Source: an uncultured delta proteobacterium
Lineage (GTDB): Bacteria; Desulfobacterota; Binatia; UBA9968
Direction: 5' to 3'
NCBI GenBank assembly: GCA_963728565.1
Contig: CAVSLC010000024.1
Span: forward strand, 1 to 48,615
DNA length: 48,615 bases
The translations under genes and the position numbers were made by a program. Shown one piece after another: positions 1-10,616 of this stretch; positions within the stretch are counted from its first letter, which is position 1, and each line of letters starts with the position of its first letter. The notes under the pieces were generated by a model. The model saw only the letters and a list, made by a program, of their open reading frames with translations. It had not been told where the DNA came from and did no database searches.

Positions 1-780
1 TCGCCGCTTCCTTGGCGGCTCGGGCAAGCCCCAAGGCGCCGGCGGCGCAGTTGAGCCGGGTTTGGTTCAACTGCCACATGCAGATCTTAAAGCCGTCTCC
101 TTCTTCGCCGAGACGGCTACTTAGAGGCAGGCGAAAGTTTTCGAAGGTAAGCTCTCCGAGCGGGTGAACAATGGGCTCCCATCGTCTCGAGCGGCTTTCG
201 AGTCACACCGGGCAGGCGCAGATCGGCATAAAACGCGGTCATGCCGCGATGTTTTTTCGAACGGTCGGTGTAGGTATAGAGCAAACCGCCATCGGCTACC
301 GGCCCGTTGGAGATCCAGAGTTTGGTGCCGTTGATCGACATAGCAATCGCCCGCTTTTGTCGCCGTCGTGCGCATTGCCGCCACATCCGATCCAGCGTCA
401 GGTTCGGTGATGGCAAAACAGCCGATGCTCTCGCCCTGCACTAGGGGCGGTATCCATTGCTGCTTCTGCTCTTCGCTAGCGAACTGCAGCAACGCGAGCG
501 CCGGACCGATTTGCATGTTGATGGCAACTCTCATGGCGCTATGAACGCGAGCAATCTCTTCTGTGATGAGTACCATGGCAAGAAAACCCATGCCGTTGCC
601 GCCGTATTTTTCCGGGATCACGCTGCCGTAAAATCCGAGCTCGCCCATCTTTTTTACCAGGTCACCTCTAAAAGCATGCTCTCGATCGTCTTTGGCCGCT
701 GTCGGCGCTACTTCCTTTTCAGCGAACTCCCGCGCCAGATCGCGTACCGCAACCAACTCATCCGTCAATTCAAAATCCAT
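1..780 (-). CDS. Acyl-CoA dehydrogenase, resembling non-decarboxylating glutaryl-CoA dehydrogenase; frameshifted and running off the window start
   Basis: MDFEL start at ATG 780, then IPEKYGG and FAITEPDAGSD. Continues in other frames as INGTKLWISN (ORF 117..416) and GEEGDGFKICMWQLNQTRLNCAAGALGLA. Frame breaks near 340 and 120-165. Confidence 0.85.
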
Positions 781-1033
781 TTTTTCCTCCGTTGCCAAGA
801 CTGATAGCCGTTGGCTGTTGCCGGTTGCCTCCTTATTTCATCAATTCCTTGGGACCGACGCGGCAAAACCGGACGACCGATTTATTCGGCTGCCGTTCCT
901 TACTTTTACTGTTACGCGAACCGATCGCAGCACGACATCCCCTTGGCGCACAAACCGATGCGCGACAGGCCGCCACTTCCGCCGATGAGCGCAACTTTTA
1001 TCAATCCGAGCAATCACGGTGCGCTGACCTCCT

Positions 1034-3501
1034 TTAACAAATTGCTTGGGTTTCGGTGGTTGACGAAGGATCGTGCCCAAGTCCGGCTGCGTTGATCTGC
1101 CGCTGCCGCTCGGCAAAGTGCGTCAGCTTTTGTTCAACCAACGCGTTGATCGATCCCGCTGGAAACTTACCTGCGGTATCGCGTGTCCCGGCGGCTACAT
1201 CGGTCAGCACCTCGATGCCCTGGTCGATGGATTGCACCGCGTAGATGTGAAATTTTTCCTGTGCCACTGCTGGACGACATCGGCGCGCAACATCAAATTG
1301 CGCAAGTTCGATGTCGGCATGAGCACGCCTTGCTCTCCAGTCAAGCCTTTTACCCGGCAGAGATCGTAAAAACCTTCGATCTTACGATTAATGCCGCCGA
1401 TAGCTTGAATTTCCCCGTTTTGATTAACTGAGCCGGTGACGGCGATATTCTGTTTCAACGGTACGCCCAGAGACTCAAGAAGAATTGCATAAAGCTCGGT
1501 GGAAGAAGCGCTGTCGCCGTCAACGCCATCGTAAGACTGTTCAAAGCAGATACTCGCCGATAGCGACAGGGGTTTTTCCTGAGCATACTTGCCGCCGAGA
1601 TAGCCGCTCAGGATCAGAACTCCCTTATCGTGGCTTTTGCCGCTGAGCTTAGCTTCGCGTTCAATATACGACCAGCCCGCCCCGGCCCATGTATGTCTTC
1701 GCGGTGATGCGCGACGGCTTGCCAAAACTGAAATCACCCATCTGGTAGACCGCCAAGCCATTGATTTGTCCGACCGCCGATCCCTGGACCTCTACCAGAA
1801 TCGTTCCGTCGGTGATTAACTCCTGCAGGCGTTTCTCCAAAAGGTTCAAGCGGAAGGTCTTCTCGAGAATAGCTTGCTCGACGTGCTTGGCTGATACCAG
1901 TTCTGCTTTCTCTCTGCCGGCCCAGTATTCCGATTCAATCAACAGGTCAACGATATCGCTAAAACGGGTCGAGAGTTTTCCTGATCTTCGACCATCCTGG
2001 CGCAATGCTCGATCACTCGCGCCACTCCGCTGGAATCGAAATGGCGCAAGCCTTCGCGGCCGCAGTAATCGCTGATAAAACAAGCGAACGCGGTGATGTT
2101 TTGTTGCGAACGGGCCACTTCAAAGTCAAAGTCCGCTTTGACTTTGAAGGTCTCGCGGAAATCTGGATCGGTGCTTGCCAAAGCGCGATACAGGTGAGGA
2201 TCGCCGATAATGATGACTTTGGTATCGGTGGGGATCGGTTCCGCCTTAGTCCCTGCGGCGGCGCCCAACCGAAAAACGCTGCCGGCTCTTCGATCCGCAG
2301 CTCCCGATTCTTGATCACCCGCAATAGTGCTTCCCAAACACCCGCGTTGGCCAGGACATCTCGATCGTAAAGAACGATATAGCCGCCGTTCGCCTTGCTC
2401 ATAGAGCCAGCTTTAATGAGAGTAAAGTCAGTTATGTAACCCCCTACCACCGGCTTTTTCTCAACGACACCAAAAAGATTGTGATAACTGGGATTGGTCT
2501 CGACAATGATCGGCGGACCTTGAACGTCGCTGTTATCGACGATGACATTTACCCGATAAGGAAGAAATGGGTCGGTTACGGGTTCTGCCATCTGCACCGG
2601 CAGCAACTGTGCCGCGGCGGCATCAGGCTCGGCAGCCTTGAAGCGATGTAGACTGTTCAAGATATGATCGCGCACACCATCGAAATAGCGTAACAGCTTT
2701 AGATTATCGCTATATTTTTCTCTCAACTCCGCTAGCGGGATGGCGACCAGGTATTCGCCAGCTTTTTTTTCCAGCTCTTCAAGTCTTTGGTTGATTTCGC
2801 GCTCTACTTTCTTTCCTTCGCGCAAATCTCTTCCATCCTTTTGCCTATTTCAGAGCGCTTATCCTCCAGCGCTTTCTTCTGTTCAGGTGGCAACGCGAGG
2901 TAATCAGCCTCTTGCATCGGTTTGCCTTCCTTAGTCGGCAGCAGCGCGACTCCGGATGGGGTCATCCGCAACGTGAAGCCGTTTTTTCGGCCTCGGCCAT
3001 CAACGGCTCCATCAGGCCTTGTTGCTTTCTCTGCAGCTCCTCCACGAGTGATTGGCGATTACGTGCGAATTCGTCCCCTTCAAATACTCTTCTGCCTTCT
3101 CGTTGCAGATATTGAATCAGCTGTTCCATGTCGGATTTCAGGACCTTTCCCCAGCCTCGACGCATCTTGATAAACTGCGGGCGATCCGGATCGGTAAAAT
3201 TGTAAACATAGCACCAGTCCGGAGGCGATTCGGCATCAGCCTGAACCGGAGCGCGCTCGGCGGTTGCTTTCTTGAGAAAGGCTTTGATGATGGTGGTTTT
3301 TCCGGTTCCGGTTAGCCCGGTAACAAAAATATTGAAGCCGGGTTTATTGACGCCGAGGCCGAGTTGGATCGCGCGAATCGCCCGATCCTGACCGATAAAG
3401 TCCTCCAGCGGCGTCATCTCCGCCGTGCACGTGAAGGGTAGATAAGATAGATCGCAACGCCAGGACAGCTTGTCTGGCGGAACTTCAAATTTACGCGCCA
3501 T
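1034..3501 (-). CDS. Lon-like AAA protease (AAA_32 + Lon_C, LonB/LonC type), split by about 6 frameshifts
   Basis: Fragments 2962..3582 (FIGQDRA, Walker A GLTGTGKT), 2013..2825, 1939..2337, 1661..2083, 1204..1761 (GDSAS catalytic Ser, KIEGF catalytic Lys) and 1034..1267 join into one colinear protein. ATG at 3501. Confidence 0.85.
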
Positions 3502-3529
3502 GAAAATACCTCGAGTTGTTGGTCGAGTC

Positions 3530-3558
3530 AGAATATGGGGTCCATGAGAAAGCGTCAA
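3530..3558 (-). promoter_or_regulatory. Sigma70-type promoter for the Lon-like gene
   Basis: TTGACG-17 nt-TATTCT on the minus strand. Confidence 0.6.
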
Positions 3559-3587
3559 CCTGCTCAGCGCTTGCTGGAGCAACGCGG

Positions 3588-3616
3588 TTGAACCGCCCCC
3601 GGCGCCTCACTATAAT
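3588..3616 (+). promoter_or_regulatory. Sigma70-type promoter for the M48 peptidase, probably giving a leaderless mRNA
   Basis: TTGAAC-17 nt-TATAAT, with the GTG start 6 nt downstream. Confidence 0.65.
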
Positions 3617-3622
3617 CTTCGA

Positions 3623-5038
3623 GTGATTCAAACCTGCAAGTCCCGTGGATGCCAGAAGCTATGGTCCTGGCTGTTGGTGACTTGCCTCCTCATTACAGGT
3701 TGCGCTTCTTACCGGTCACCGCTTCCGAGTGTCAGTCCGCCCGGTGAAGACGAGGAAACACGGATCAGCCGCGAGTTTCGCCGCGAGGCAAAAAAGCACT
3801 TTACCTACATAAACAATCCGGAGATCGAACGGTATATCGAGCGCATCGGTCAACGGATTTTGTCAGCGATGGGTCCGCAACCATTCGACTATCGGTTCTT
3901 TGTCATCGCAGACCCGCAGCTAAATGCGTTTGCAGTGCCCGGCGGGTCGGTCTTCTTTTACTCTGGCCTTATCGAACGGGCGAAAAGCACTTCTGAAATC
4001 GCCGGAGTCATGGGGCATGAAATAGTTCACATCAAAGGACGTCATATGGCGCGCCAGTCAGGTCCGGATGCGATTTCACTTTTGAGTTTGGTGGGAATGC
4101 TTCTGTTGGCCCGTAGCGGCGCTGGGGCGCAGGCAGCGGGCGTCGTTGGCCAAGCGGTTTCTGCTACTCGTCAAATCGCCTATAGCCGCCAGTTGGAGAT
4201 GGAAGCCGATACCCTAGGAGTACGTTACATGACAGCGGCAGGCTATGACCCTGCCGGTTCGCTTGGATTTCTCAAGACGCTGGATCAGGAGCGATCTTTA
4301 AACCCGATAGACGTGCCGGCCTATATGATGACTCATCCGATAACCCAGGAGCGGGTCGCTAACGTTCAACTGGTCATTCGCTCCCTCGGCGATGTTCAAA
4401 GCAAATCCGAAGGTTTTGATCAGCTTAGAAAAATCCAGGTACTTATTCGCTTGGCGCGGCAGGAGACCGATAGGGTAATCGACGAATTTCAAAAACTGGT
4501 TGCGCAAACACCTGCCGACAGCGCCGCGTTTCATCTTCTAGCGCTGGCACAGCATCATAAAGGCCAGATGTCACAAGCAAGAGCGAATTATGAGAAGGCG
4601 CTGAAACTTAACCAGGAAGATGCAGGTTTGTACCGTGACCTCGGCCGGCTATACACCGACTCGGGCGAGTTCGGCGCGGCCCGCTCTATGCTGGATAAAG
4701 CCTCCGGTATGGAACCCAAGGAACCGCTGAATTACTTCTATCTCGGAGAATTACTCGAAAAAGAGAACGACTTACGCGCCGCGGCCGGCGCGTATCTCAA
4801 TGCTCAGCAGCTTTCGCCACTCTGGGATAAACCGCCTGCCCGGCTTGGCACCATCTATGGAAATCTCGACCGGCTTGGAGATGCCTACTACTATAGGGCT
4901 CGGTCCTTATTGTTGCAGGACGAGGACGAGCGGGCGATGGCCGATCTTGAAAAGGCGATCAAGATCCTCGGCGAGAACTCTGCACGTGGGCAGACTGCCA
5001 AAGACGAACTGAATAATCTACGAGCTCGCCGGCGCTGA
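3623..5038 (+). CDS. M48 family metalloprotease with TPR repeats (BepA/YfgC-like), predicted lipoprotein
   Basis: LITGC lipobox, NAFAVPGG, HEIVH zinc motif, YSRQLEMEAD, THP, C-terminal TPR repeats. Confidence 0.88.
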   Translation: MIQTCKSRGCQKLWSWLLVTCLLITGCASYRSPLPSVSPPGEDEETRISREFRREAKKHFTYINNPEIERYIERIGQRILSAMGPQPFDYRFFVIADPQLNAFAVPGGSVFFYSGLIERAKSTSEIAGVMGHEIVHIKGRHMARQSGPDAISLLSLVGMLLLARSGAGAQAAGVVGQAVSATRQIAYSRQLEMEADTLGVRYMTAAGYDPAGSLGFLKTLDQERSLNPIDVPAYMMTHPITQERVANVQLVIRSLGDVQSKSEGFDQLRKIQVLIRLARQETDRVIDEFQKLVAQTPADSAAFHLLALAQHHKGQMSQARANYEKALKLNQEDAGLYRDLGRLYTDSGEFGAARSMLDKASGMEPKEPLNYFYLGELLEKENDLRAAAGAYLNAQQLSPLWDKPPARLGTIYGNLDRLGDAYYYRARSLLLQDEDERAMADLEKAIKILGENSARGQTAKDELNNLRARRR

Positions 5039-5416
5039 GCCTCTACCGGCTCTGTTAGCGACAGGAAAAGAATAGATCTTGCCGCGAACAGGACTCGCGT
5101 ATCTGCCTTCTTTCTTGATTAGCACCTTGCGAAGGTAGTCGGGATCAAATCCTAAAAGATCGCAGATGTTGTTGAACGAAAACAGCCACTCGGTGCCTTC
5201 ATCCTCGACCCATTCCAAGGCATTCTGATACTGACTATTTCCTAAATTACTTCGCGCGCCGCGATACTTATTTAGACACTCCACCGCGTCCTTCAAGATA
5301 GCGATCATCAAACGTTTCTCACCGTCGAGCTGACGCGACAGCCCGCCGGTGCCGTAGAACTGAGACGGCAGAAAAACATCGGGCTCAAGGATTCGTGCTA
5401 GAAAATCATCGTACAT
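5018..5416 (-). CDS. Conserved hypothetical helical protein, paralog of 9619..10128
   Basis: EPDVFLPSQF...EKRLMIAILKDAVEC...EW...LFSFNNICDLLGFDPDYLR. AGGAG Shine-Dalgarno upstream of ATG 5416; alternative GTG at 5428. Confidence 0.8.
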   Translation of the reverse strand: MYDDFLARILEPDVFLPSQFYGTGGLSRQLDGEKRLMIAILKDAVECLNKYRGARSNLGNSQYQNALEWVEDEGTEWLFSFNNICDLLGFDPDYLRKVLIKKEGRYASPVRGKIYSFPVANRAGRGSAPASS

Positions 5417-5669
5417 GTGCGGAAACACTCCTGGGTGAAATTGAATCGCAAGCTATATCACGGGAGTTTCCTCCACGCAAGAAATATCGTCAATGGAGGC
5501 GGGATGGGCCGCAACGCGGCACCGCGCATGAGTGGCGAAAGAGGAGATTCTACGGCGCCCAAACGGGCGCAATTGAACCACTCCCGTTGAAGCACCGGGC
5601 AATTGAATAGAGCTTTCCGCGCCGGTATTCACCATCCTCTAAGCGCTTCGACGGCGATTGTGCTGTGGT

Positions 5670-6380
5670 TTAGATCCCTTTCATCAAACCGGCGAGTTCT
5701 GTCTTAGCAGCATTGTGATCCCAGATCTTCTGAACCACCGAGTCTTTGCGGCGCTGTTTCATGACCCTTTGCGTCTCGTCCTCGTTGTAAATCATGACAG
5801 GTCCCAACAATGAAGCTTTATAGAACCGGGACGCGGCTTCTTCCAAGTCCACACATCCGGCGAATACCCATTCGATCGAGTGAGCGACGACCATCGACCC
5901 ATGACCGCGCAGCATCACCGCATCCGCGGCGCCAAGCGCTTTTGCCACTGCGTCGCCCTGCTCTATCGTATGGATCAGTGCTGGGTCCATGTAAACAGGT
6001 AATGGTCCCGCGCCAAAAAAAGCGCCAGGATTGGAAGAAGCTGGATAGAACGGCTTGTCAACCATGCTCAGGGTGGCAACCATGTGATTGTGCAGATGAG
6101 CGACGCTTTGGATATCGCTGCGGGCTCTATAGGCCCGCGCGTGCATATTAACCTCTGACGGCGCTTTGTATTTGCCTTCGATCAATTTCCCATCGAAGTC
6201 GGTGATCACCATATCGTCCGGTTTTACCGTAGCGCGACTTACCGGGTGTGGCAGGATAACAAGGTGATCAGACCCGGGAATACGCGCGCTAATATGACCG
6301 CTGTAATCGACTAATCCGGCGTTGAACAACATGCGGGACGACATAGCCAGCTTTTTTTTGATCTCTGATAATTCCGACAC
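5670..6380 (-). CDS. Class II aldolase/adducin family protein (decarboxylase-like)
   Basis: SGHISARIPG, PSEVNMH, HLH and LRGHG motifs. Confidence 0.88.
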   Translation of the reverse strand: MSELSEIKKKLAMSSRMLFNAGLVDYSGHISARIPGSDHLVILPHPVSRATVKPDDMVITDFDGKLIEGKYKAPSEVNMHARAYRARSDIQSVAHLHNHMVATLSMVDKPFYPASSNPGAFFGAGPLPVYMDPALIHTIEQGDAVAKALGAADAVMLRGHGSMVVAHSIEWVFAGCVDLEEAASRFYKASLLGPVMIYNEDETQRVMKQRRKDSVVQKIWDHNAAKTELAGLMKGI

Positions 6381-6540
6381 GATTTACTCCTCTCAGTTGA
6401 ACTGGTTGTCTGTGCTATATCTTTCCTCGAATGAGAGTTCAAACGAAATGGGCATAACGTTTGAAGCCCGCAAGACTCCTGTCAAGTGCCGAACCGCAAC
6501 TTTGATGACGTGAAACCGCGAGCATGCATCGACTTACCAC

Positions 6541-6641
6541 GACCCTGATTCCGGCGGTCCGGATGGGAGATTGCGGGTCGGTCGCTAACCGCGGCACGTA
6601 AATGTCCGCCGGAGTGGTCTACCTTAGGCAACCAGCTTTTT
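6541..6641 (+). ncRNA. Candidate structured RNA element of unknown family
   Basis: GACC..TTCCGGCGG (6541-6557) pairs with CCGCCGGAG.GGTC (6606-6619). Inner TTGCGG/CCGCGG stem, possible loop-to-3'-tail pseudoknot, T-run at the end. Intergenic. Confidence 0.35.
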
Positions 6642-6694
6642 GCCGCATGGACGAGAGAACAAGTTTGTCTACATCTTCTAACCAGCCAGTAAGA

Positions 6695-8137
6695 TTATTT
6701 CATTTTAAAGCTTGGCGGCACCACTTCATCGATGCTCTTTCCGGTCCAATGCCATTTGGGAACACTGTCCCAGACTTGTTCCCCTTTTTTCTGAACTTTG
6801 TCGAGCAGCTCTTGCTCATCCAGGCGAAGGTATTTGTAATCGTCCACCAGTGTTTCGCCGTCGACGATGACGGTTCGCACGTCGCGGCTGACGGCGTTTT
6901 CCATCAGCGAGCGGATCGGATCCCGCACGGCGCCGAACGCGATGTCGCGCAGGTTAATGATAGCGATATCGGCTTTGGCGCCCTTTTGCAGCCGGCCGAG
7001 ATCGTCGCGTCCAAGCATTTTGGCGCCGCCGAGCGTGATCGCGTTGAAAACGTCGCGCGGGTGGCCGGCAAGAAAGCTCTTGTCGGCGACGCGAGACGCG
7101 ATCGCCGCGTAGCGCATGTCGGAGAGAATGTCCTTGGGAAACGTGTCGGTGCCAATGCCCATGTTGATGCCGGCCTGGCGATATCTATCGAAGGACTCCA
7201 TAACAATGCCGAGCTTTAGGTATTTTAACGGGCTATAGGCCACCGAGGCGCCGGAATCTGAGATGATCTTCAAATCATCGCCGTACGGATAAGCGAGCCA
7301 GCTGTGGCCGCTGACAAAGATACAGTGCGACAGCGAAACTTCCGGGTCGAGAAAGCCCACCTTGTGAAGCAATTCGATAGGCGTGCAGCGCTCGCGCTGC
7401 ATCACGGTGTGAAACTCGAATAGATTGATTGTAGCGTGTATCTGCACGCGCACGCCGATTTCTCTGGCGGCTTTCCGTGTGTCTTTCAACAATGCGGGGG
7501 TACAAGAGTCGACGTGGCCGGGAAAGAGCATCGCGGTCATGCGGCCGCTGCACGCACCGTTGGATTTCTTGGCGAAGTCGACGGCGGTTTTTAATCCCTT
7601 GCTGCCGCGCTCGTCGTCCCAGTCATATTCCAACCGGCCCTTGCGGTCGTGAAAGAAGCTGACGTTCTTGTAGCTCGGGCCGGCTACACAGCGGATACCG
7701 ACCTGATCTATCATGTCGACGTAGCGCTCGGCTTCGCCGCCGGCGCCGCCGATGTCGAAAGTCGTAGTTACCCCGCTTTTGAGCACGTGGATTACGGAAT
7801 AGCGCTGGCCGATATCAACGTCTTTCAAATGCGCCGAGTGCACGCCTTCGCGTGTCGGCCCACCGTGCGCCAGATAGTTGGAAGCGAAAAAATCAGTCTT
7901 GGTCGAGTCGGCGAGAATGTAATCGCTGGCATTGATCCCCGAATGGAAATGAGTGTCGATGAAGCCGGGCGAAACCAAGCAGCCCTTGGCATCGATCTTT
8001 CTGTCTACAGCTTGAGAGTAGTCTTTGCCGACGAATTCGATTCGATTGCCATCGTAGACGACCACGCCGTCCTTGATGATCTCATGTTGTGTCCCATCAA
8101 ATCCGACCACGAATCCGCCTTGAATTAAAGTCTTCAT
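6695..8137 (-). CDS. Amidohydrolase superfamily protein (chlorohydrolase/deaminase-like)
   Basis: PGFIDTHFH metal motif, IHA, SHC, GIGTD, GAKAD. Confidence 0.88.
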   Translation of the reverse strand: MKTLIQGGFVVGFDGTQHEIIKDGVVVYDGNRIEFVGKDYSQAVDRKIDAKGCLVSPGFIDTHFHSGINASDYILADSTKTDFFASNYLAHGGPTREGVHSAHLKDVDIGQRYSVIHVLKSGVTTTFDIGGAGGEAERYVDMIDQVGIRCVAGPSYKNVSFFHDRKGRLEYDWDDERGSKGLKTAVDFAKKSNGACSGRMTAMLFPGHVDSCTPALLKDTRKAAREIGVRVQIHATINLFEFHTVMQRERCTPIELLHKVGFLDPEVSLSHCIFVSGHSWLAYPYGDDLKIISDSGASVAYSPLKYLKLGIVMESFDRYRQAGINMGIGTDTFPKDILSDMRYAAIASRVADKSFLAGHPRDVFNAITLGGAKMLGRDDLGRLQKGAKADIAIINLRDIAFGAVRDPIRSLMENAVSRDVRTVIVDGETLVDDYKYLRLDEQELLDKVQKKGEQVWDSVPKWHWTGKSIDEVVPPSFKMK

Positions 8138-8411
8138 GCCTAGCCTTTCATTTTTAGAACACGGGCAGGACTAACAAAAGAATTCGGCCAAGACAAGCTA
8201 TGCCTCTAACCCTCGGACGAGAATCTTTGGGGGCATTTGCCGGAGGTGTTTAAGATAACGAGCTTCCCTGATTGTCGATATAAACTATTTATAGAGGAAG
8301 TCGCTCCGGTTTGCGTTTGTTGCCGTTTACCGGTTGGCGATCTTTTGATACTGAGATGGTCCGAGGCGACTCGTAGATCGGTGGCCGGGGGGTTAGTGAT
8401 CAAGCTCCTGG

Positions 8412-9446
8412 CTAAACGGCGAAGCGGAAGTGAACGATGTCACCATCCTTCACGACGTAATCTTTGCCCTCGAGACGCAGCTTACCGGCCTCCTTGCATT
8501 TGGACTCGCTGCCAAACGCCATGAAGTCGTCATAAGCGACGACTTCAGCTCGAATAAAGCCACGCTCAATATCGCTGTGAATCTTGCCCGCGGCTTTGCG
8601 CGCTACGGTTCCCTGAGTAATGGTCCAGGCTCGGACTTCATCCTCTCCGGACGTAAAAAAACTGATCAGATCGAGCAAGCGATAAGAGGCGCGAATGAAC
8701 CGGTCCCGCGCAGGTTCCTCTATGCCGATCTCTTTAAGAAAAGCGACGCGATCAGCTTCGTCCAATTGCGCGATCTCCATCTCGGCCTTGGCCGCGAGCG
8801 CGAGCCCCTCCAACCCGCGCCGTTTCAATTCTTCCAAATAATTAGAATCCAGCGCTTTCCCAGCCTGCTCTTCCGACTGGTTCAGCAGCACAAGCAGAGG
8901 CTTACGGCTCAAAAACCCGAAACCGGCAAGCAAACTCTCTTCATCGGGAGTGAACGTCAAGTTTCGGAGGCTTTCTTCGTTTTCCAGAGCGGTAGCCGCG
9001 CGCTGCAACAAATTCTCTTCAAGCGGGCGCGCTTTTTCTTTCTTGAGACGGGAGCGGCGATTTTCAATGATCGCGAGGTCGGCCAGAATCATCTCCGTGA
9101 GAAGATTGTTAAGCTCCCTAATGGGTTTGGCATCGGCCTCAAAGTTGCCGAGGACCAGAGCGATGGCATCGACCTCGCGCATCTGTGCTACCATCGCGTT
9201 GTTGGTTTTGAGATTGTCGTCCCCCTGACTTGGCGGAAAATCAGTGAAGCGAATTTCGGCATAGGTTGTTTTTCGAGGTTTGAAGATTTGGGAAAGCTTA
9301 TCGATTCGGGGATCAGGAACCTTTATGACACCCAGATGGACTTCTTCCTTGCCGACGAAGCCGCCGATCTGGGCATTTAGCCCCGTGAGCATATTGAAAA
9401 TAGTCGTCTTACCGGCGCCGCGGGGGCCGATCAATCCTACTTTCAT
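8412..9446 (-). CDS. ychF: YchF-like Obg-family ATPase with a DUF933/TGS C-terminus (divergent)
   Basis: P-loop GPRGAGKT, VPDPRID, FFTSGEDEVRAW, AAGKIHSDIERGFIRAEV, LEGKDYVVKDGDI. Confidence 0.85.
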   Translation of the reverse strand: MKVGLIGPRGAGKTTIFNMLTGLNAQIGGFVGKEEVHLGVIKVPDPRIDKLSQIFKPRKTTYAEIRFTDFPPSQGDDNLKTNNAMVAQMREVDAIALVLGNFEADAKPIRELNNLLTEMILADLAIIENRRSRLKKEKARPLEENLLQRAATALENEESLRNLTFTPDEESLLAGFGFLSRKPLLVLLNQSEEQAGKALDSNYLEELKRRGLEGLALAAKAEMEIAQLDEADRVAFLKEIGIEEPARDRFIRASYRLLDLISFFTSGEDEVRAWTITQGTVARKAAGKIHSDIERGFIRAEVVAYDDFMAFGSESKCKEAGKLRLEGKDYVVKDGDIVHFRFAV

Positions 9447-9618
9447 ATGGCTTGGTTCCTCAACGGCGGATTATTTGGGGCGCGCTAGCGGTTCAAGGAT
9501 GAGTAAGCCGGACGATGATTTGCGCCTGGACGCTGTCCGGCGGCTGCTCGCGCGCGCCGGTCTTTTCCCGCGGATCTTCTGTAGCGACGATCGCCGCCTA
9601 ACGGCTCACACCCCCGAA

Positions 9619-10128
9619 TCAGCGATCTCCAACCAACCGCTCGACCCTGACGTTTGCTAGCCGGCGGCGCGGCGTTACCGGTTGGCGACTTTGGCTTTCC
9701 GCCGCCTGTTCCTTCCAGCGCAATAACCCCTGCCGCAAGTAGCTGACATCGAAGCCGAGCGCCTCGCAAATGTTCTCGAACGAGAAAAGGTAGGATTTGT
9801 CCTCGGCGTCAAACCATTCCTCGGCCTCTTGATAAAGCGCCCGCTTTCTCTTGCACGTTGCTGCAATATTCTCCTGAAAGCAAGTCACAGCGTCCTGCAA
9901 AACCGCCAGCATCAGCACCTTCTCAGGATCCAGCCGGAAGGTTCTTTGATAAGTCGCAAGAAACTGCTCAGGAATGAGAATGTCAGATTGAAAAACAGCA
10001 AATGCCTTTTCCTCAGACGCGGCATTGGAATGTCCAGGGCTCTTGGCCCAAAAAGGCGATCGACTTTGGGTATGATTATTCGAAACGTTATTCGAAACCT
10101 GTGCCTCGAATCTTTTTTTCGCAATCAC
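9619..10128 (-). CDS. Conserved hypothetical helical protein, paralog of 5018..5416
   Basis: GGAGG Shine-Dalgarno before GTG 10128. DILIPEQF...EKVLMLAVLQDAVTC...EEWF...YLFSFENICEALGFDVSYLR. Confidence 0.8.
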   Translation of the reverse strand: MIAKKRFEAQVSNNVSNNHTQSRSPFWAKSPGHSNAASEEKAFAVFQSDILIPEQFLATYQRTFRLDPEKVLMLAVLQDAVTCFQENIAATCKRKRALYQEAEEWFDAEDKSYLFSFENICEALGFDVSYLRQGLLRWKEQAAESQSRQPVTPRRRLANVRVERLVGDR

Positions 10129-10277
10129 GGAAAACCTCCATTCTGCAATAGAAACAGTGTTCGTGGCGATCACGCCTGCGTCTGACAGCAGACGGATACT
10201 GCAAGAACTTCAACGCCACTAAATAGCACCGCCGGAGCGGGGCTAAATCGAGCGAAGCCGACAATTAACGAGAAAAA

Positions 10278-10616
10278 TCAAATCAACAGCACTGACTGGA
10301 GAATCTGAAGGGAAACCTTGGGCACGTGGTTCTCTAAGAAAAAGGCCAGCTTAAGTGGATCGACAACCCGGACGTAATTGATCCTATAAGTTTGAAAGTG
10401 CGGCTGTGCAGATCGCGGAACATCACCGCTCAAACAGATGAGTGCCAGTCTCTGGGCAAATGCGTCGGATCCTAATAAACCGTCGCCGGACGCGTGATCG
10501 GACGAGGCGGTGGTGTATAACGGCCCTTCCGAAGCAGGTTCGTACGCGAGGCTCATCGCAAAGGCGCCGAACGTGAAAATTATCAGGATCGCCGAAACCA
10601 TGAGGCTTTTTTTCAT
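10278..10616 (-). CDS. Hypothetical protein with an N-terminal signal or TM segment
   Basis: MKKSLMVSAILIIFTFGAFA signal-like start; occupies an otherwise empty interval. Confidence 0.5.
   Translation of the reverse strand: MKKSLMVSAILIIFTFGAFAMSLAYEPASEGPLYTTASSDHASGDGLLGSDAFAQRLALICLSGDVPRSAQPHFQTYRINYVRVVDPLKLAFFLENHVPKVSLQILQSVLLI

Noticed and set aside
1-3501. Pseudogenisation or programmed frameshifting of the acyl-CoA dehydrogenase and Lon-like genes
   Set aside because: Many single-base frame breaks with intact motifs cluster at the window edge, and similar breaks hit normally essential holA and the far end. Sequencing or assembly indels explain this best.
6556-6570. GGTCCGGATGGGAGA resembling the 3' end of an FMN riboswitch
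   Set aside because: The conserved 5' FMN elements are absent and no rib gene follows.
8430-9380. 316-aa plus-strand ORF (also 6602..7219, 7649..8128, 32424..32969, 40436..40921)
   Set aside because: These are antisense shadows of well-supported genes and have no recognisable motifs.
10076-10098. TTATTCGAAAC tandem repeat
   Set aside because: Only two copies, in frame inside a CDS (VSNN-VSNN); not a CRISPR array or evident operator.
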